From the NCBI GenBank assembly GCA_032718475.1, contig JAUCBJ010004738.1:1-36867 (forward strand): DNA of 36,867 nt. The letters run 5' to 3'. Position numbers and translations under genes: made by a program. The notes under the pieces are model-generated. The model did no database searches. It saw nothing but the letters and a program-made list of their open reading frames with translations, and had not been told where the DNA came from. Origin of the DNA: Nemertoderma westbladi. Taxonomy: Eukaryota; Animalia; Xenacoelomorpha. Of this stretch, positions 1 to 15,000 are shown piece by piece; position 1 is the stretch's first letter; each line of letters starts with the position of its first letter.

Positions 1-3000
1 TCCGTGAAAGGAGCGCGTTTCATCTTACTGTACTAAACTTACCCAAACCGTGCAAGGAGCGTGTTTCATCTTACTGTACTAAACTTACCCGAAACCTGCA
101 AGGAGCGTGTTTCATCTTACTGTACTAAACTTACCCGAACCCTGCAAGGAGCGTGTTTCATCTTACTGTACTAAACTTACCCGAACCGTGCAAGGAGCGT
201 GTTCCATCATACTGTACTAAACTTACCCAAACCGTGCAAGGAGCGTGTTTCATCTTACTGTACTAAACTTACCCGAACCCTGCAAGGAGCGTGTTTCATC
301 TTACTGTACTAAACTTACCCGAACCGTGCAAGGACCGTGATTCATCTTACTGTACTAAACTTACCCGAACCCTGCAAGGAGCGTGTTTCATCTTACTGTA
401 CTAAACTTACCCGAACCCTGCAAGGAGCGTGTTTCATCTTACTGTACTAAACTTAACCGAACCGTGCAAGGAGCGTGTTTCATCTTACTGTACTAAACTT
501 ACCCGAACCGTGCAAGGAGCGTGTTTCATCTTACTGTACTAAACTTACCCGAACCCTGCAAGAATCGTGTTTCATCTTAATGTACTAAACTTACCCGAAC
601 CCTGCAAGAATCGTGTTTCATCTTACTGTACTAAACTTACCCGATCCGTGAAAGGAGCGCGTTTCATCTTACTGTACTAAACTTACCCAAACCGTGCAAG
701 GAGCGTGTTTCATCTTACTGTACTAAACTTACCCGAAACCTGCAAGGAGCGTGTTTCATCTTACTGTACTAAACTTACCCGAACCCTGCAAGGAGCGTGT
801 TTCATCTTACTGTACTAAACTTACCCGAACCGTGCAAGGAGCGTGTTTCATCATACTGTACTAAACTTACCCAAACCGTGCAAGGAGCGTGTTTCATCTT
901 ACTGTACTAAACTTACCCGAACCCTGCAAGGAGCGTGTTTCATCTTACTGTACTAAACTTACCCGAACCGTGCAAGGACCGTGATTCATCTTACTGTACT
1001 AAACTTACCCGAACCGTGCAAGGAGCGTGTTTCATCTTACTGTACTAAACTTACCCGAACCGTGCAAGGAGCGTGTTTCATCTTACTGTACTAAACTGTA
1101 CTAAACTTACCCGAACCCTGCAAGGAGCGTGTTTCATCTTACTGTACTAAACTTACACGAACCCTGCAAGGAGCGCGTTTCATCTTACTGTACTAAACTT
1201 ACCCGAACCGTGCAAGGACCGTGTTTCATCTTACTGTACTAAACTTACCCGAACCGTGCAAGGAGCGTGTTTCATCTTACTGTACTAAACTTACCCGAAC
1301 CGTGCAAGGAGCGTGTTTCATCCTACTGTACTAAACTGTACTAAACTTACCCGAACCGTGCAAGGAGCGTGTTTCATCTTACTGTACTAAACTTACCCGA
1401 ACCGTGCAAGGAGCGTGTTTCATCTTACTGTACTAAACTTACCCGAACCCTGCAAGGAGCGTGTTTCATCTTACTGTACTAAACTTACCCGAACCGTGCA
1501 AGGAGCGTGTTTCATCTTACTGTACTAAACTTACCCGAACCGTGCAAGGAGCGTGTTTCATCTTACTGTACTAAACTTACCCGAACCGTGCAAGGAGCGT
1601 GTTTCATCTTACTGTACTAAACTTACCCGAACCCTGCAAGGAGCGTGTTTCATCTTACTGTACTAAACTTACCCGAACCGTGCAAGGAGCGTGTTTCAAC
1701 TTACTGTACTAAACTTACCCGAACCGTGCAAGGAGCGTGTTTCATCTTACTGTACTAAACATACCCGAACCCTGCAAGGAGCGTGTTTCATCTTACTGTA
1801 CTAAACTTACCCAAACCGTGCAAGGACCGTGTTTCATCTTACTGTACTAAACTTACCCGAACCCTGCAAGGAGCGTGTTTCATCTTACTGTACTAAACTT
1901 ACCCGAACCATGCAAGGAACGTGTTTCATCTTACTGTACTAAACTTACCCGAACCATGCAAGGAGCGTGTTTCATCTTACTGTACTAAACTTACCCGAAC
2001 CCTGCAAGGAGCGTGTTTCATCTTACTGTACTAAACTTACCCGAACCCTGCAAGGAGCGTGTTTCATCTTACTGTACTAAACTTACCCGAACCATGCAAG
2101 GAGCGTGTTTCATCTTACTGTACTAAACTTACCCGAACCATGCAAGGAGCGTGTTTCATCTTACTGTACTAAACTTACCCGAACCGTGCAAGGACCGTGT
2201 TTCATCTTACTGTACTAAACTTACCCGAACCGTGCAAGGAGCGTGTTTCATCTTACTGTACTAAACTTACCCAAACCGTGCAAGGAGCGTGTTTCATCTT
2301 ACTGTACTAAACTTACCCGAACCCTGCAAGGAGCGTGTTTCATCTTACTGTACTAAACTTACCCGAACCGTGCAAGGAGCGTGTTTCATCTTACTGTACT
2401 AAACTTACCCGAACCCTGCAAGGAGCGTGTTTCATCTTACTGTACTAAACTTACCCGAACCGTGCAAGGACCGTGTTTCATCTTACTGTACTAAACTTAC
2501 CCGAACCGTGCAAGGACCGTGTTTCATCTTACTGTACTAAACTTACCCGAACCGTGCAAGGAGCGTGTTTCATCTTACTGTACTAAACTTACCCGAACCG
2601 TGCAAGGAGCGTGTTTCATCTTACTGTACTAAACATACCCGAACCGTGCAAGGAGCGTGTTTCATCTTACTGTACTAAACTTACCCGAACCCTGCAAGGA
2701 GCGTGTTTCATCTTACTGTACTAAACTTACCCGAACCGTGCAAGGAGCGTGTTTCATCTTAATGTACTAAACTTACCCGAACCATGCAAGGAGCGTGTTT
2801 CATCTTACTGTACTAAACTTACCCGAACCGTGCAAGGAGCGTGTTTCATCTTACTGTACTAAACTTACCCGAACCGTGCAAGGAGCGTGTTTCATCTTAA
2901 TGTACTAAACTTACCCGAACCCTGCAAGAATCGTGTTTCATCTTACTGTACTAAACTTACCCGAACCGTGCAAGGACCGTGTTTCATCTTACTGTACTAA

Positions 3001-6000
3001 ACTTACACGAACCATGCAAGGAGCGTGTTTCATCTTACTGTACTAAACTTACCCGAACCCTGCAAGGAGCGTGTTTCATCTTACTGTACTAAACCTACCC
3101 GAACCGTGCACGGAGCGTGTTTCATCTTAATGTACTAAACTTACCCGAACCCTGCAAGAATCGTGTTTCATCTTACTGTACTAAACTTACCCGAACCCTG
3201 CAAGGAGCGTGTTTTATCTTACTGTACTAAACTTAACCGAACCGTGCAAGGAGCGTGTTTCATCTTACTGTACTAAACTTACCCGAACCCTGCAAGGAGC
3301 GTGTTTCATCTTACTGTACTAAACTTACCCGAACCGTGCAAGGAGCGTGTTTCATCTTACTGTATTAAACTTACCCGAACCGTGCAAGGAGCGTGTTTCA
3401 TCTTACTGTACTAAACTTACCCGAACCGTGCAAGGAGCGTGTTTCATCTTACTGTACTAAACTTACCCGAACCGTGCAAGGAGCGTGTTTCATCTTACTG
3501 TACTAAACTTACCCGAACCGTGCTAGGAGCGTGTTTCATCTTACTGTACTAAACTTACCCGAACCCTGCAAGGAGCGTGTTTCATCTTACTGTACTAAAC
3601 TTACCCGAACCGTGCAAGGACCGTGTTTCATCTTACTGTTCTAAACTTACCCGAACCCTGCAAGGAGCGTGTTTCATCTTACTGTACTAAACTTACCCGA
3701 ACCGTGCAAGGAGCGTGTTTCATCTTACTGTACTAAACTTACCCGAACCGTGCAAGGAGCGTGTTTCATCTTACTGTACTAAACTTACCCGAACCGTGCT
3801 AGGAGCGTGTTTCATCTTACTGTACTAAACTTACCCGAACCCTGCAAGGAGCGTGTTTCATCTTACTGTACTAAACTTACCCGAACCGTGCAAGGACCGT
3901 GTTTCATCTTACTGTACTAAACTTACCCGAACCCTGCAAGGAGCGTGTTTCATCTTACTGTACTAAACTTACCCGAACCGTGCTAGGAGCGTGTTTCATC
4001 TTACTGTACTAAACTTACCCGAACCCTGCAAGGAGCGTGTTTCATCTTACTGTACTAAACTTACCCGAACCGTGCAAGGACCGTGTTTCATCTTACTGTA
4101 CTAAACTTACCCGAACCCTGCAAGGAGCGTGTTTCATCTTACTGTACTAAACTTACCCGAACCGTGCTAGGAGCGTGTTTCATCTTACTGTACTAAACTT
4201 ACCCGAACCGTGCAAGGAGCGTGTTTCATCTTACTGTACTAAACTTACCCGAACCGTGCAAGGAGCGTGTTTCATCTTACTGTACTAAACTTACCCGAAC
4301 CGTGCAAGGAGCGTGTTTCATCTTACTGTACTAAACTTACCCGAACCGTGCTAGGAGCGTGTTTCATCTTACTGTACTAAACTTACCCGAACCCTGCAAG
4401 GAGCGTGTTTCATCTTACTGTACTAAACTTACCCGAACCGTGCAAGGACCGTGTTTCATCTTACTGTACTAAACTTACCCGAACCCTGCAAGGAGCGTGT
4501 TTCATCTTACTGTACTAAACTTACCCGAACCGTGCAAGGAGCGTGTTTCATCTTACTGTACTAAACTTACCCGAACCGTGCAAGGAGCGTGTTTCATCTT
4601 ACTGTACTAAACTTACCCGAACCGTGCTAGGAGCGTGTTTCATCTTACTGTACTAAACTTACCCGAACCCTGCAAGGAGCGTGTTTCATCTTACTGTACT
4701 AAACTTACCCGAACCGTGCAAGGACCGTGTTTCATCTTACTGTACTAAACTTACCCGAACCGTGCAAGGACCGTGTTTCATCTTACTGTACTAAACTTAC
4801 CCGAACCGTGCAAGGAGCGTGTTTCATCTTACTGTACTAAACTTACCCGAACCCTGCAAGGAGCGTGTTTCATCTTACTGTACTAAACTTACCCGAACCG
4901 TGCAAGGACCGTGTTTCATCTTACTGTACTAAACTTACCCGAACCCTGCAAGGAGCGTGTTTCATCTTACTGTACTAAACTTACCCGAACCGTGCTAGGA
5001 GCGTGTTTCATCTTACTGTACTAAACTTACCCGAACCCTGCAAGGAGCGTGTTTCATCTTACTGTACTAAACTTACCCGAACCGTGCAAGGACCGTGTTT
5101 CATCTTACTGTACTAAACTTACCCGAACCCTGCAAGGAGCGTGTTTCATCTTACTGTACTAAACTTACCCGAACCGTGCAAGGAGCGTGTTTCATCTTAC
5201 TGTACTAAACTTACACGAACCATGCAAGGAGCGTGTTTCATCATACTGTACTAAACTTACCCTAAACCTGCAAGGAGCGTGTTTCATCTTACTGTACTAA
5301 ACTTACCCGAACCCTGCAAGGAGCGTGTTTCATCTTACTGTACTAAACTTACCCGATCCGTGAAAGGAGCGTGTTTCAACTTACTGTACTAAACTTACCC
5401 GATCCGTGAAAGGAGCGTGTTTCAACTTACTGTACTAAACTTACCCGAACCGTGCAAGGAGCGTGTTTCATCTTACTGTACTAAACTTACCCTAACTGTG
5501 CAAGGATCGTGTTTCATCTTACTGTACTAAACTTACCCGAACCGTGCAAGGAGCGTGTTTCATCTTACTGTACTAAACTTACCCGAACCGTGCAAGGAGC
5601 GTGTTTCATCTTACTGTACTAAACTTACCCGAACCGTGCAAGGAGCGTATTTCATCATACTGTACTAACCTTAACCGAACCCTGCAAGGAGCGTGTTTCA
5701 TCTTACTGTACTAAACTTACACGAACCATGCAAGGAGCGTGTTTCATCATACTGTACTAAACTTACCCTAACTGTGCAAGGATCGTGTTTCATCTTACTG
5801 TACTAAACTTACCCGAACCGTGCAAGGAGCGTGTTTCATCTTACTGTACTAAACATACCCGAACCGTGCAAGGAGCGTGTTTCATCTTACTGTACTAAAC
5901 TTACACGAACCATGCAAGGAGCGTGTTTCATCATACTGTACTAAACTTACCCTAACTGTGCAAGGATCGTGTTTCATCATACTGTACTAAACTTACCCTA

Positions 6001-9000
6001 ACTGTGCAAGGATCGTGTTTCATCTTACTGTACTAAACTTACCCGAACCGTGCAAGGAGCGTGTTTCATCTTACTGTACTAAACTTACCCGAACCGTGCA
6101 AGGAGCGTGTTTCATCTTACTGTACTAAACATACCCGAACCGTGCAAGGAGCGTGTTTCATCTTACTGTACTAAACTTACACGAACCCTGCAAGGAGCGT
6201 GTTTCATCTTACTGTACTAAACTTACCCGAACCGTGCAAGGAGCGTGTTTCATTTTACTGTACTAAACTTACTCGAACCGTGCAAGGAGCGTGTTTCATC
6301 TTACTGTACTAAACTTACCCGAACCCTGCAAGAATCGTGTTTCATCTTACTGTACTAAACTTACCCGAACCGTGCAAGGAGCGTGTTTCATCTTACTGTA
6401 CTAAACTTACCCGAACCGTGCAAGGAGCGTGTTTCATCTTACTGTACTAAACTTACCCGAATCGTGAAATGAGCGTGTTTCATCTTACTGTACTAAACTG
6501 TACTAATCTTAACCGAACTGTGCAAGGAGCGTGTTTCATCTTGCTGTACTAAACTTACCCGAACCGTGCAAGGAGCGTGTTTCATCTTACTGTACTAAAC
6601 TTACCCGAACCGTGCAAGGAGCGTGTTTCATCTTACTGTACTAAACTTACCCGAACCGTGCAAGGAGCGTGTTTCATCTTACTGTACTAAACTTACCCGA
6701 ACCGTGCAAGGAGCGTGTTTCATCTTACTGTACTAAACTTACCCGAACCGTGCAAGGAGCGTGTTTCATCTTACTGTACTAAACTTACCCGAACCGTGCA
6801 AGGGGCGTGTTTCATCTTTCTGTACTAAACTTACCCGAACCTTGCAAGGAGCGTGTTTCATCTTACTGTACTAAACTTACCCGAACCCTGCAAGGAGCGT
6901 GTTTCATCTTACTGTACTAAACTTACCCGAACCGTGCAAGGAGCGTGTTTCATCTTACTGTACTAAACTTACCCGAACCCTGCAAGGAGCGTGTTTCATC
7001 TTACTGTACTAAACTTACCCGAACCGTGCAAGGAGCGTGTTTCATCTTACTGTACTAAACTTACCCGAACCGTGCAAGGAGCGTGTTTCATCTTACTGTA
7101 CTAAACTTACACGAACCATGCAAGGAGCGTGTTTTATCTTACTGTACTAAACTTACCCGAACCGTGCAAGAATCGTGTTTCATCTTACTGTACTAAACTT
7201 ACCCGAACCGTGCAAGGAGCGTGTTTCATCTTACTGTACTAAACTTACCCGAACCGTGCAAGGAGCGTGTTTCATCTTACTGTACTAAACTTACCCGAAC
7301 CGTGCAAGGAGCGTGTTTCATCTTACTGTACTAAACTTACCCGAACCGTGCAAGGAGCGTGTTTCATCTTACTGTACTAAACTTACACGAACCATGCAAG
7401 GAGCGTGTTTTATCTTACTGTACTAAACTTACCCGAACCGTGCAAGAATCGTGTTTCATCTTACTGTACTAAACTTACCCGAACCGTGCAAGGAGCGTGT
7501 TTCAACTTACTGTACTAAACTTACCCGAACCGTGCAAGGAGCGTGTTTCATCTTACTGTACTAAACTTACCCGAACCGTGCAAGGAGCGTGTTTCATCTT
7601 ACTGTACTAAACTTACACGAACCATGCAAGGAGCGTGTTTTATCTTACTGTACTAAACTTACCCGAACCGTGCAAGAATCGTGTTTCATCTTACTGTACT
7701 AAACTTACCCGAACCGTGCAAGGAGCGTGTTTCATCTTACTGTACTAAACTTACCCGAACCGTGCAAGGAGCGTGTTTCATCTTACTGTACTAAACTTAC
7801 CCGAACCGTGCAAGGAGCGTGTTTCATCTTACTGTACTAAACTTACCCGAACCCTGCAAGGAGCGTGTTTCATCTTACTGTACTAAACTTACCCAAACCG
7901 TGCAAGAATCGTGTTTCATCTTACTGTACTAAACTTACACGAACCATGCAAGGAGCGTGTTTTATCTTACTGTACTAAACTTACCCGAACCGTGCAAGAA
8001 TCGTGTTTCATCTTACTGTACTAAACTTACCCGAACCGTGCAAGGAGCGTGTTTCATCTTACTGTACTAAACTTACCCGAACCGTGCAAGGAGCGTGTTT
8101 CATCTTACTGTACTAAACTTACCCGAACCGTGCAAGGAGCGTGTTTCATCTTACTGTACTAAACTTACCCGAACCGTGCAAGGAGCGTGTTTCATCTTAC
8201 TGTACTAAACTTACCCGAACCGTGCAAGGAGCGTGTTTCATCTTACTGTACTAAACTTACCCGAACCGTGCAAGGAGCGTGTTTCATCTTACTGTACTAA
8301 ACTTACCCGAACCGTGCAAGAATCGTGTTTCATCTTACTGTACTAAACTTACCCGAACCGTGCAAGGAGCGTGTTTCATCTTACTGTACTAAACTTACAC
8401 GAACCATGCAAGGAGCGTGTTTTATCTTACTGTACTAAACTTACCCGAACCGTGCAAGAATCGTGTTTCCTCTTACTGTACTAAACTTACCCGAACCGTG
8501 CAAGGAGCGTGTTTCATCTTACTGTACTAAACTTACCCGAACCGTGCAAGGAGCGTGTTTCATCTTACTGTACTAAACTTACCCGAACCGTGCAAGGAGC
8601 GTGTTTCATCTTACTGTACTAAACTTACCCGAACCCTGCAAGGAGCGTGTTTCATCTTACTGTACTAAACATACCCGAACCGTGCAAGGAGCGTGTTTCA
8701 TCTTACTGTACTAAACATACCCGAACCGTGCAAGGAGCGTGTTTTATCTTGCTGTACTAAACTTACCCGAACCGTGCAAGGAGCGTGTTTCATCTTACTG
8801 TACTAAACATACCCGAACCGTGCAAGGAGCGTGTTTCATCTTACTGTACTAAACTTACCCGAACCCTGCAAGGACCGTGTTTCATCTTACTGTACTAAAC
8901 TTACCCGAACCCTGCAAGGACCGTGTTTCATCTTACTGTACTAAACTTACCCGAACCCTGCAAGGAGCGTGTTTCATCTTACTGTACTAAACTTACCCGA

Positions 9001-12000
9001 ACCCTGCAAGGAGCGTGTTTCATCTTACTGTACTAAACTTACCCGAACCCTGCAAGGACCGTGTTTCATCTTACTGTACTAAACTTACCCGAACCCTGCA
9101 AGGACCGTGTTTCATCTTACTGTACTAAACTTACCCGAACCCTGCAAGGAGCGTGTTTCATCTTACTGTACTAAACTTACCCGAACCCTGCAAGGAGCGT
9201 GTTTCATCTTACTGTACTAAACTTACCCGAACCGTGCAAGGAGCGTGTTTCATCTTACTGTACTAAACTTACCCGAACCCTGCAAGGACCGTGTTTCATC
9301 TTACTGTACTAAACTTACCCGAACCCTGCAAGGACCGTGTTTCATCTTACTGTACTAAACTTACCCGAACCCTGCAAGGAGCGTGTTTCATCTTACTGTA
9401 CTAAACTTACCCGAACCCTGCAAGGAGCGTGTTTCATCTTACTGTACTAAACTTACCCGAACCGTGCAAGGAGCGTGTTTCATCTTACTGTACTAAACTT
9501 ACCCGAACCGTGCAAGGAGCGTGTTTCATCTTACTGTACTAAACTTACCCGAACCCTGCAAGGACCGTGTTTCATCTTACTGTACTAAACTTACCCGAAC
9601 CCTGCAAGGAGCGTGTTTCATCTTACTGTACTAAACTTACCCGAACCGTGCAAGGGGCGTGTTTCATCTTACTGTACTAAACTTACCCGAACCCTGCAAG
9701 GAGCGTGTTTCATCTTACTGTACTAAACATACCCGAACCGTGCAAGGAGCGTGTTTTATCTTGCTGTACTAAACTTACCCGAACCGTGCAAGGAGCGTGT
9801 TTCATCTTACTGTACTAAACTTACCCGAACCCTGCAAGGACCGTGTTTCATCTTACTGTACTAAACTTACCCGAACCCTGCAAGGAGCGTGTTTCATCTT
9901 ACTGTACTAAACATACCCGAACCGTGCAAGGAGCGTGTTTTATCTTGCTGTACTAAACATACCCGAACCGTGCAAGGAGCGTGTTTTATCTTGCTGTACT
10001 AAACTTACCCGAACCGTGCAAGGAGCGTGTTTCATCTTACTGTACTAAACTTACCCGAACCCTGCAAGGAGCGTGTTTCATCTTACTGTACTAAACTTAC
10101 CCGAACCCTGCAAGGACCGTGTTTCATCTTACTGTACTAAACTTACCCGAACCCTGCAAGGACCGTGTTTCATCTTACTGTACTAAACTTACCCGAACCC
10201 TGCAAGGAGCGTGTTTCATCTTACTGTACTAAACTTACCCGAACCCTGCAAGGAGCGTGTTTCATCTTACTGTACTAAACTTACCCGAACCGTGCAAGGA
10301 GCGTGTTTCATCTTACTGTACTAAACTTACCCGAACCCTGCAAGGACCGTGTTTCATCTTACTGTACTAAACTTACCCGAACCCTGCAAGGAGCGTGTTT
10401 CATCTTACTGTACTAAACTTACCCGAACCGTGCAAGGAGCGTGTTTCATCTTACTGTACTAAACTTACCCGAACCCTGCAAGGACCGTGTTTCATCTTAC
10501 TGTACTAAACTTACCCGAACCCTGCAAGGAGCGTGTTTCATCTTACTGTACTAAACTTACCCGAACCGTGCAAGGAGCGTGTTTCATCTTACTGTACTAA
10601 ACTTACCCGAACCCTACAAGGAGCGTGTTTCATCTTACTGTACTAAACTTACCCGAACCCTGCAAGGAGCGTGTTTCATCTTACTGTACTAAACTTACCC
10701 GAACCGTGCAAGGAGCGTGTTTCATCTTACTGTACTAAACTTACCCGAACCCTGCAAGGACCGTGTTTCATCTTACTGTACTAAACTTACCCGAACCCTG
10801 CAAGGACCGTGTTTCATCTTACTGTACTAAACTTACCCGAACCCTGCAAGGAGCGTGTTTCATCTTACTGTACTAAACTTACCCGAACCCTGCAAGGAGC
10901 GTGTTTCATCTTACTGTACTAAACTTACCCGAACCCTGCAAGGACCGTGTTTCATCTTACTGTACTAAACTTACCCGAACCCTGCAAGGACCGTGTTTCA
11001 TCTTACTGTACTAAACTTACCCGAACCCTGCAAGGAGCGTGTTTCATCTTACTGTACTAAACTTACCCGAACCGTGCAAGGAGCGTGTTTCATCTTACTG
11101 TACTAAACTTACCCGAACCCTGCAAGGAGCGTGTTTCATCTTACTGTACTAAACTTACCCGAACCGTGCAAGGAGCGTGTTTCATCTTACTGTACTAAAC
11201 TTACCCGAATCGTGAAATGAGCGTGTTTAAACTTACTGTACTAATCTTAACCGAACTGTGCAAGGAGCGTGTTTCATCTTACTGTACTAAACTTACCCGA
11301 AACCTGCAAGGAGCGTGTTTCATCTTACTGTACTAAACTTACCCGAACCCTGCAAGGAGCGTGTTTCATCTTACTGTACTAAACTTACCCGAAACCTGCA
11401 AGGAGCGTGTTTCATCTTACTGTACTAAACTTACCCGAACCGTGCAAGGAGCGTGTTTCATCTTACTGTACTAAACTTACCCGAACCGTGCAAGGAGCGT
11501 GTTTCATCTTACTGTACTAAACTTACACGAACCATGCAAGGAGCGTGTTTCAACTTACTGTACTAAACTTACCCGAAACCTGCAAGGAGCGTGTTTCATC
11601 TTACTGTACTAAACTTACCCGAAACCTGCAAGGAGCGTGTTTCATCTTACTGTACTAAACTTACCCGAACCCTGCAAGGATCGCGTTTCATCTTACTGTA
11701 CTAAACTTACCCGAACCGTGCAAGGACCGTGTTTCATCTTACTGTACTAAAATTACCCGAACCGTGCAAGGAGCGTGTTTCATCTTACTGTACTAAACTT
11801 ACCCGAACCGTGCAAGGAGCGTGTTTCATCTTACTGTACTAAACTTACCCGAACCGTGCAAGGAGCGTGTTTCATCTTACTGTACTAAACTTACGCGAAC
11901 CGTGCAAGGAGCGTGTTTCATCTTACTGTACTAAACTTACCCGAACCGTGCAAGGAGCGTGTTTCATCTTACTGTACTAAACTTACCCGAAACCTGCAAG

Positions 12001-15000
12001 GAGCGTGTTTCATCTTACTGTACTAAACATACCCGAACCGTGCAAGGAGCGTGTTTCATCTTACTGTACTAAACATACCCGAACCGTGCAAGGAGCGTGT
12101 TTCATCTTACTGTACTAAACATACCCGAACCGTGCAAGGAGCGTGTTTCATCTTACTATACTAAACTTACCCGAACCGTGCAAGGAGCGTGTTTCATCTT
12201 ACTATACTAAACTTACCCGAAACCTGCAAGGAGCGTGTTTCATCTTACTGTACTAAACTTACACGAACCGTGCAAGGAGCGTGTTTCTTCTTACTGTACT
12301 AAACTTACCCGAACCGTGCAAGGACCGTGTTTCATCTTACTGTACTAAACTTGCCCGAACCCTGCAAGGAGCGTGTTTCATCTTACTGTACTAAACTTAC
12401 CCGAACCAGGCAAGGAGCGTGTTTCATCTTACTGTACTAAACTTACCCCAACCCTGCAAGGAGCGTGTTTCATCTTACTGTACTAAACTTACCCGAACCC
12501 TACAAGAATCGTGTTTCATCTTACTGTACTAAACTTAACCGAACCCTGCAAGGAGCGTGTTTCATCTTACTGTACTAAACTTACCCGAACCGTGCAAGGA
12601 GCGTGTTTCATCTTACTGTACTAAACTTACCCGAACCGTGCAAGGAGCGTGTTTCATCTTACTGTACTAAACTTACCCGATCCGTGCAAGGAGCGTGTTT
12701 CATCTTACTGTACTAAACTTACCCGAACCGTGCAAGGAGCGTGTTTCATCTTACTGTACTAAACTTACCCGAACCGTGCAAGGAGCGTGTTTCATCTTAC
12801 TGTACTAAACTTACCCGAACCGTGCAAGGAGCGTGTTTCATCTTACTGTACTAAACTTACCCGAAACCTGCAAGGATCGCGTTTCATCTTACTGTACTAA
12901 ACTTACCCGAACCGTGCAAGGAGCGTGTTTCATTTTACTGTACTAAACTTACCCGAACCGTGAAAGGAGCGTGTTTCATCTTACTGTACTAAATTTACCC
13001 GAACCGTGCAAGGAGCGTGTTTCATCTTACTGTACTAAACTTACCCGAACCGTGCAAGGACCGTGTTTCATCTTACTGTACTAAACTTACCCGAACCGTG
13101 CAAGGAGCGTGTTTCATTTTACTGTACTAAACTTACCCGAACCGTGAAAGGAGCGTGTTTCATCTTACTGTACTAAATTTACCCGAACCGTGCAAGGAGC
13201 TTGTTTCATCATACTGTACTAAACTTACGCGAACCCTGCAAGGAGCGTGTTTCATCTTACTGTACTAAACTTACCCGAACCGTGAAAGGAGCGTGTTTCA
13301 TCATACTGTACTAAACTTACCCGAACCCTGCAAGGAGCGTGTTTCATCTTACTGTACTAAAATTACCCGAACCGTGCAAGGAGCGTATTTCATTTTACTG
13401 TACTAAACTTACCCGAACCGTGAAAGGAGCGTGTTTCATCTTACTGTACTAAATTTACCCGAACCGTGCAAGGAGCGTGTTTCATCATACTGTACTAAAC
13501 TTACCCGAACCGTGCAAGGAGCGTGTTTCATCTTACTGTACTAAACTTACCCGAACCGTGCAAGAATCGTATTTCATCTTACTGTACTAAACTTGCCCGA
13601 ACCGTGCAAGGAGCGTGTTTCATCTTACTGTACTAAACTTACCCGAACCCTGCAAGGATCGCGTTTCATCTTACTGTACTAAACTTACCCGAACCGTGCA
13701 AGGACCGTGTTTCATCTTACTGTACTAAAATTACCCAAACCGTGCAAGAAGCGTGTTTCATTTTACTGTACTAAACTTACCCGAACCGTGAAAGGAGCGT
13801 GTTTCATCTTACTGTACTAAACTTACCCGAACCCTGCAAGGATCGCGTTTCATCTTACTGTACTAAACTTACCCGAACCGTGCAAGGACCGTGTTTCATC
13901 TTACTGTACTAAAATTACCCGAACCGTGCAAGGAGCGTGTTTCATTTTACTGTACTAAACTTACCCGAAACGTGCAAGGAGGGTGTTTCATCTTACTGTA
14001 CTAAACTTACCCGAAACCTGCAAGGAGCGTGTTTCATCTTACTGTACTAAACTTACCCGAACCCTGCAAGGAGCATGTTTCATCTTACTGTACTAAACTT
14101 ACCCGAACCGTGCAAGGAGCGTGTTTCATCTTACTGTACTAAACTTACCCGAACCGTGCAAGGAGCGTGTTTCATCTTACTGTACTAAACTTACCCGAAC
14201 CGTGCAAGGAGCGTGTTTCATCTTACTGTACTAAACTTACCCGAACCGTGCAAGGAGCGTGTTTCATCATACTGTACTAAACTTACCCGAACCGTGCAAG
14301 GAGCGTGTTTCATCTTACTGTACTAAACTTACCCGAACCCTGCAAGGACCGTGTTTCATCTTACTGTACTAAAATTACCCGAACCGTGCAAGGAGCGTGT
14401 TTCATCTTACTGTACTAAGCGTTTCATCTTACTGTACTAAACTTACCCGAACCGTGCAAGGAGCGCGTTTCATCTTACTGTACTAAACTTACCCGAACCG
14501 TGCAAGGAGCGTGTTTCATCTTACTGTACTAAACTTACCCGAACCCTGCAAGGAGCGTGTTTCATCTTACTGTACTAAACTTACCCGAACCCTGCAAGGA
14601 CCGTGTTTCATCTTACTGTACTAAACTTACCCGAACCGTGCAAGGAGCGTGTTTCATCTTACTGTACTAAACTTACCCGAACCGTGCAAGGAGCGTGTTT
14701 CATCTTACTGTACTAAACTTACTCGAACCGTGCAAGGAGCGTGTTTCATCTTACTGTACTAAACTTACCCGAACCGTGCAAGGAGCGTGTTTCATCTTAC
14801 TGTACTAAACTTACCCGAATCGTGCAAGGAGCGTGTTTCATCTTACTGTACTAAACTTACCCGAACCGTGCAAGGAGCGTGTTTCATCTTACTGTACTAA
14901 ACTTAGCCGAACCCTGCAAGGAGCGTGTTTCATCTTACTGTACTAAACTTACCCGAACCCTGCAAGGACCGTGTTTCATCTTACTGTACTAAACTTACCC

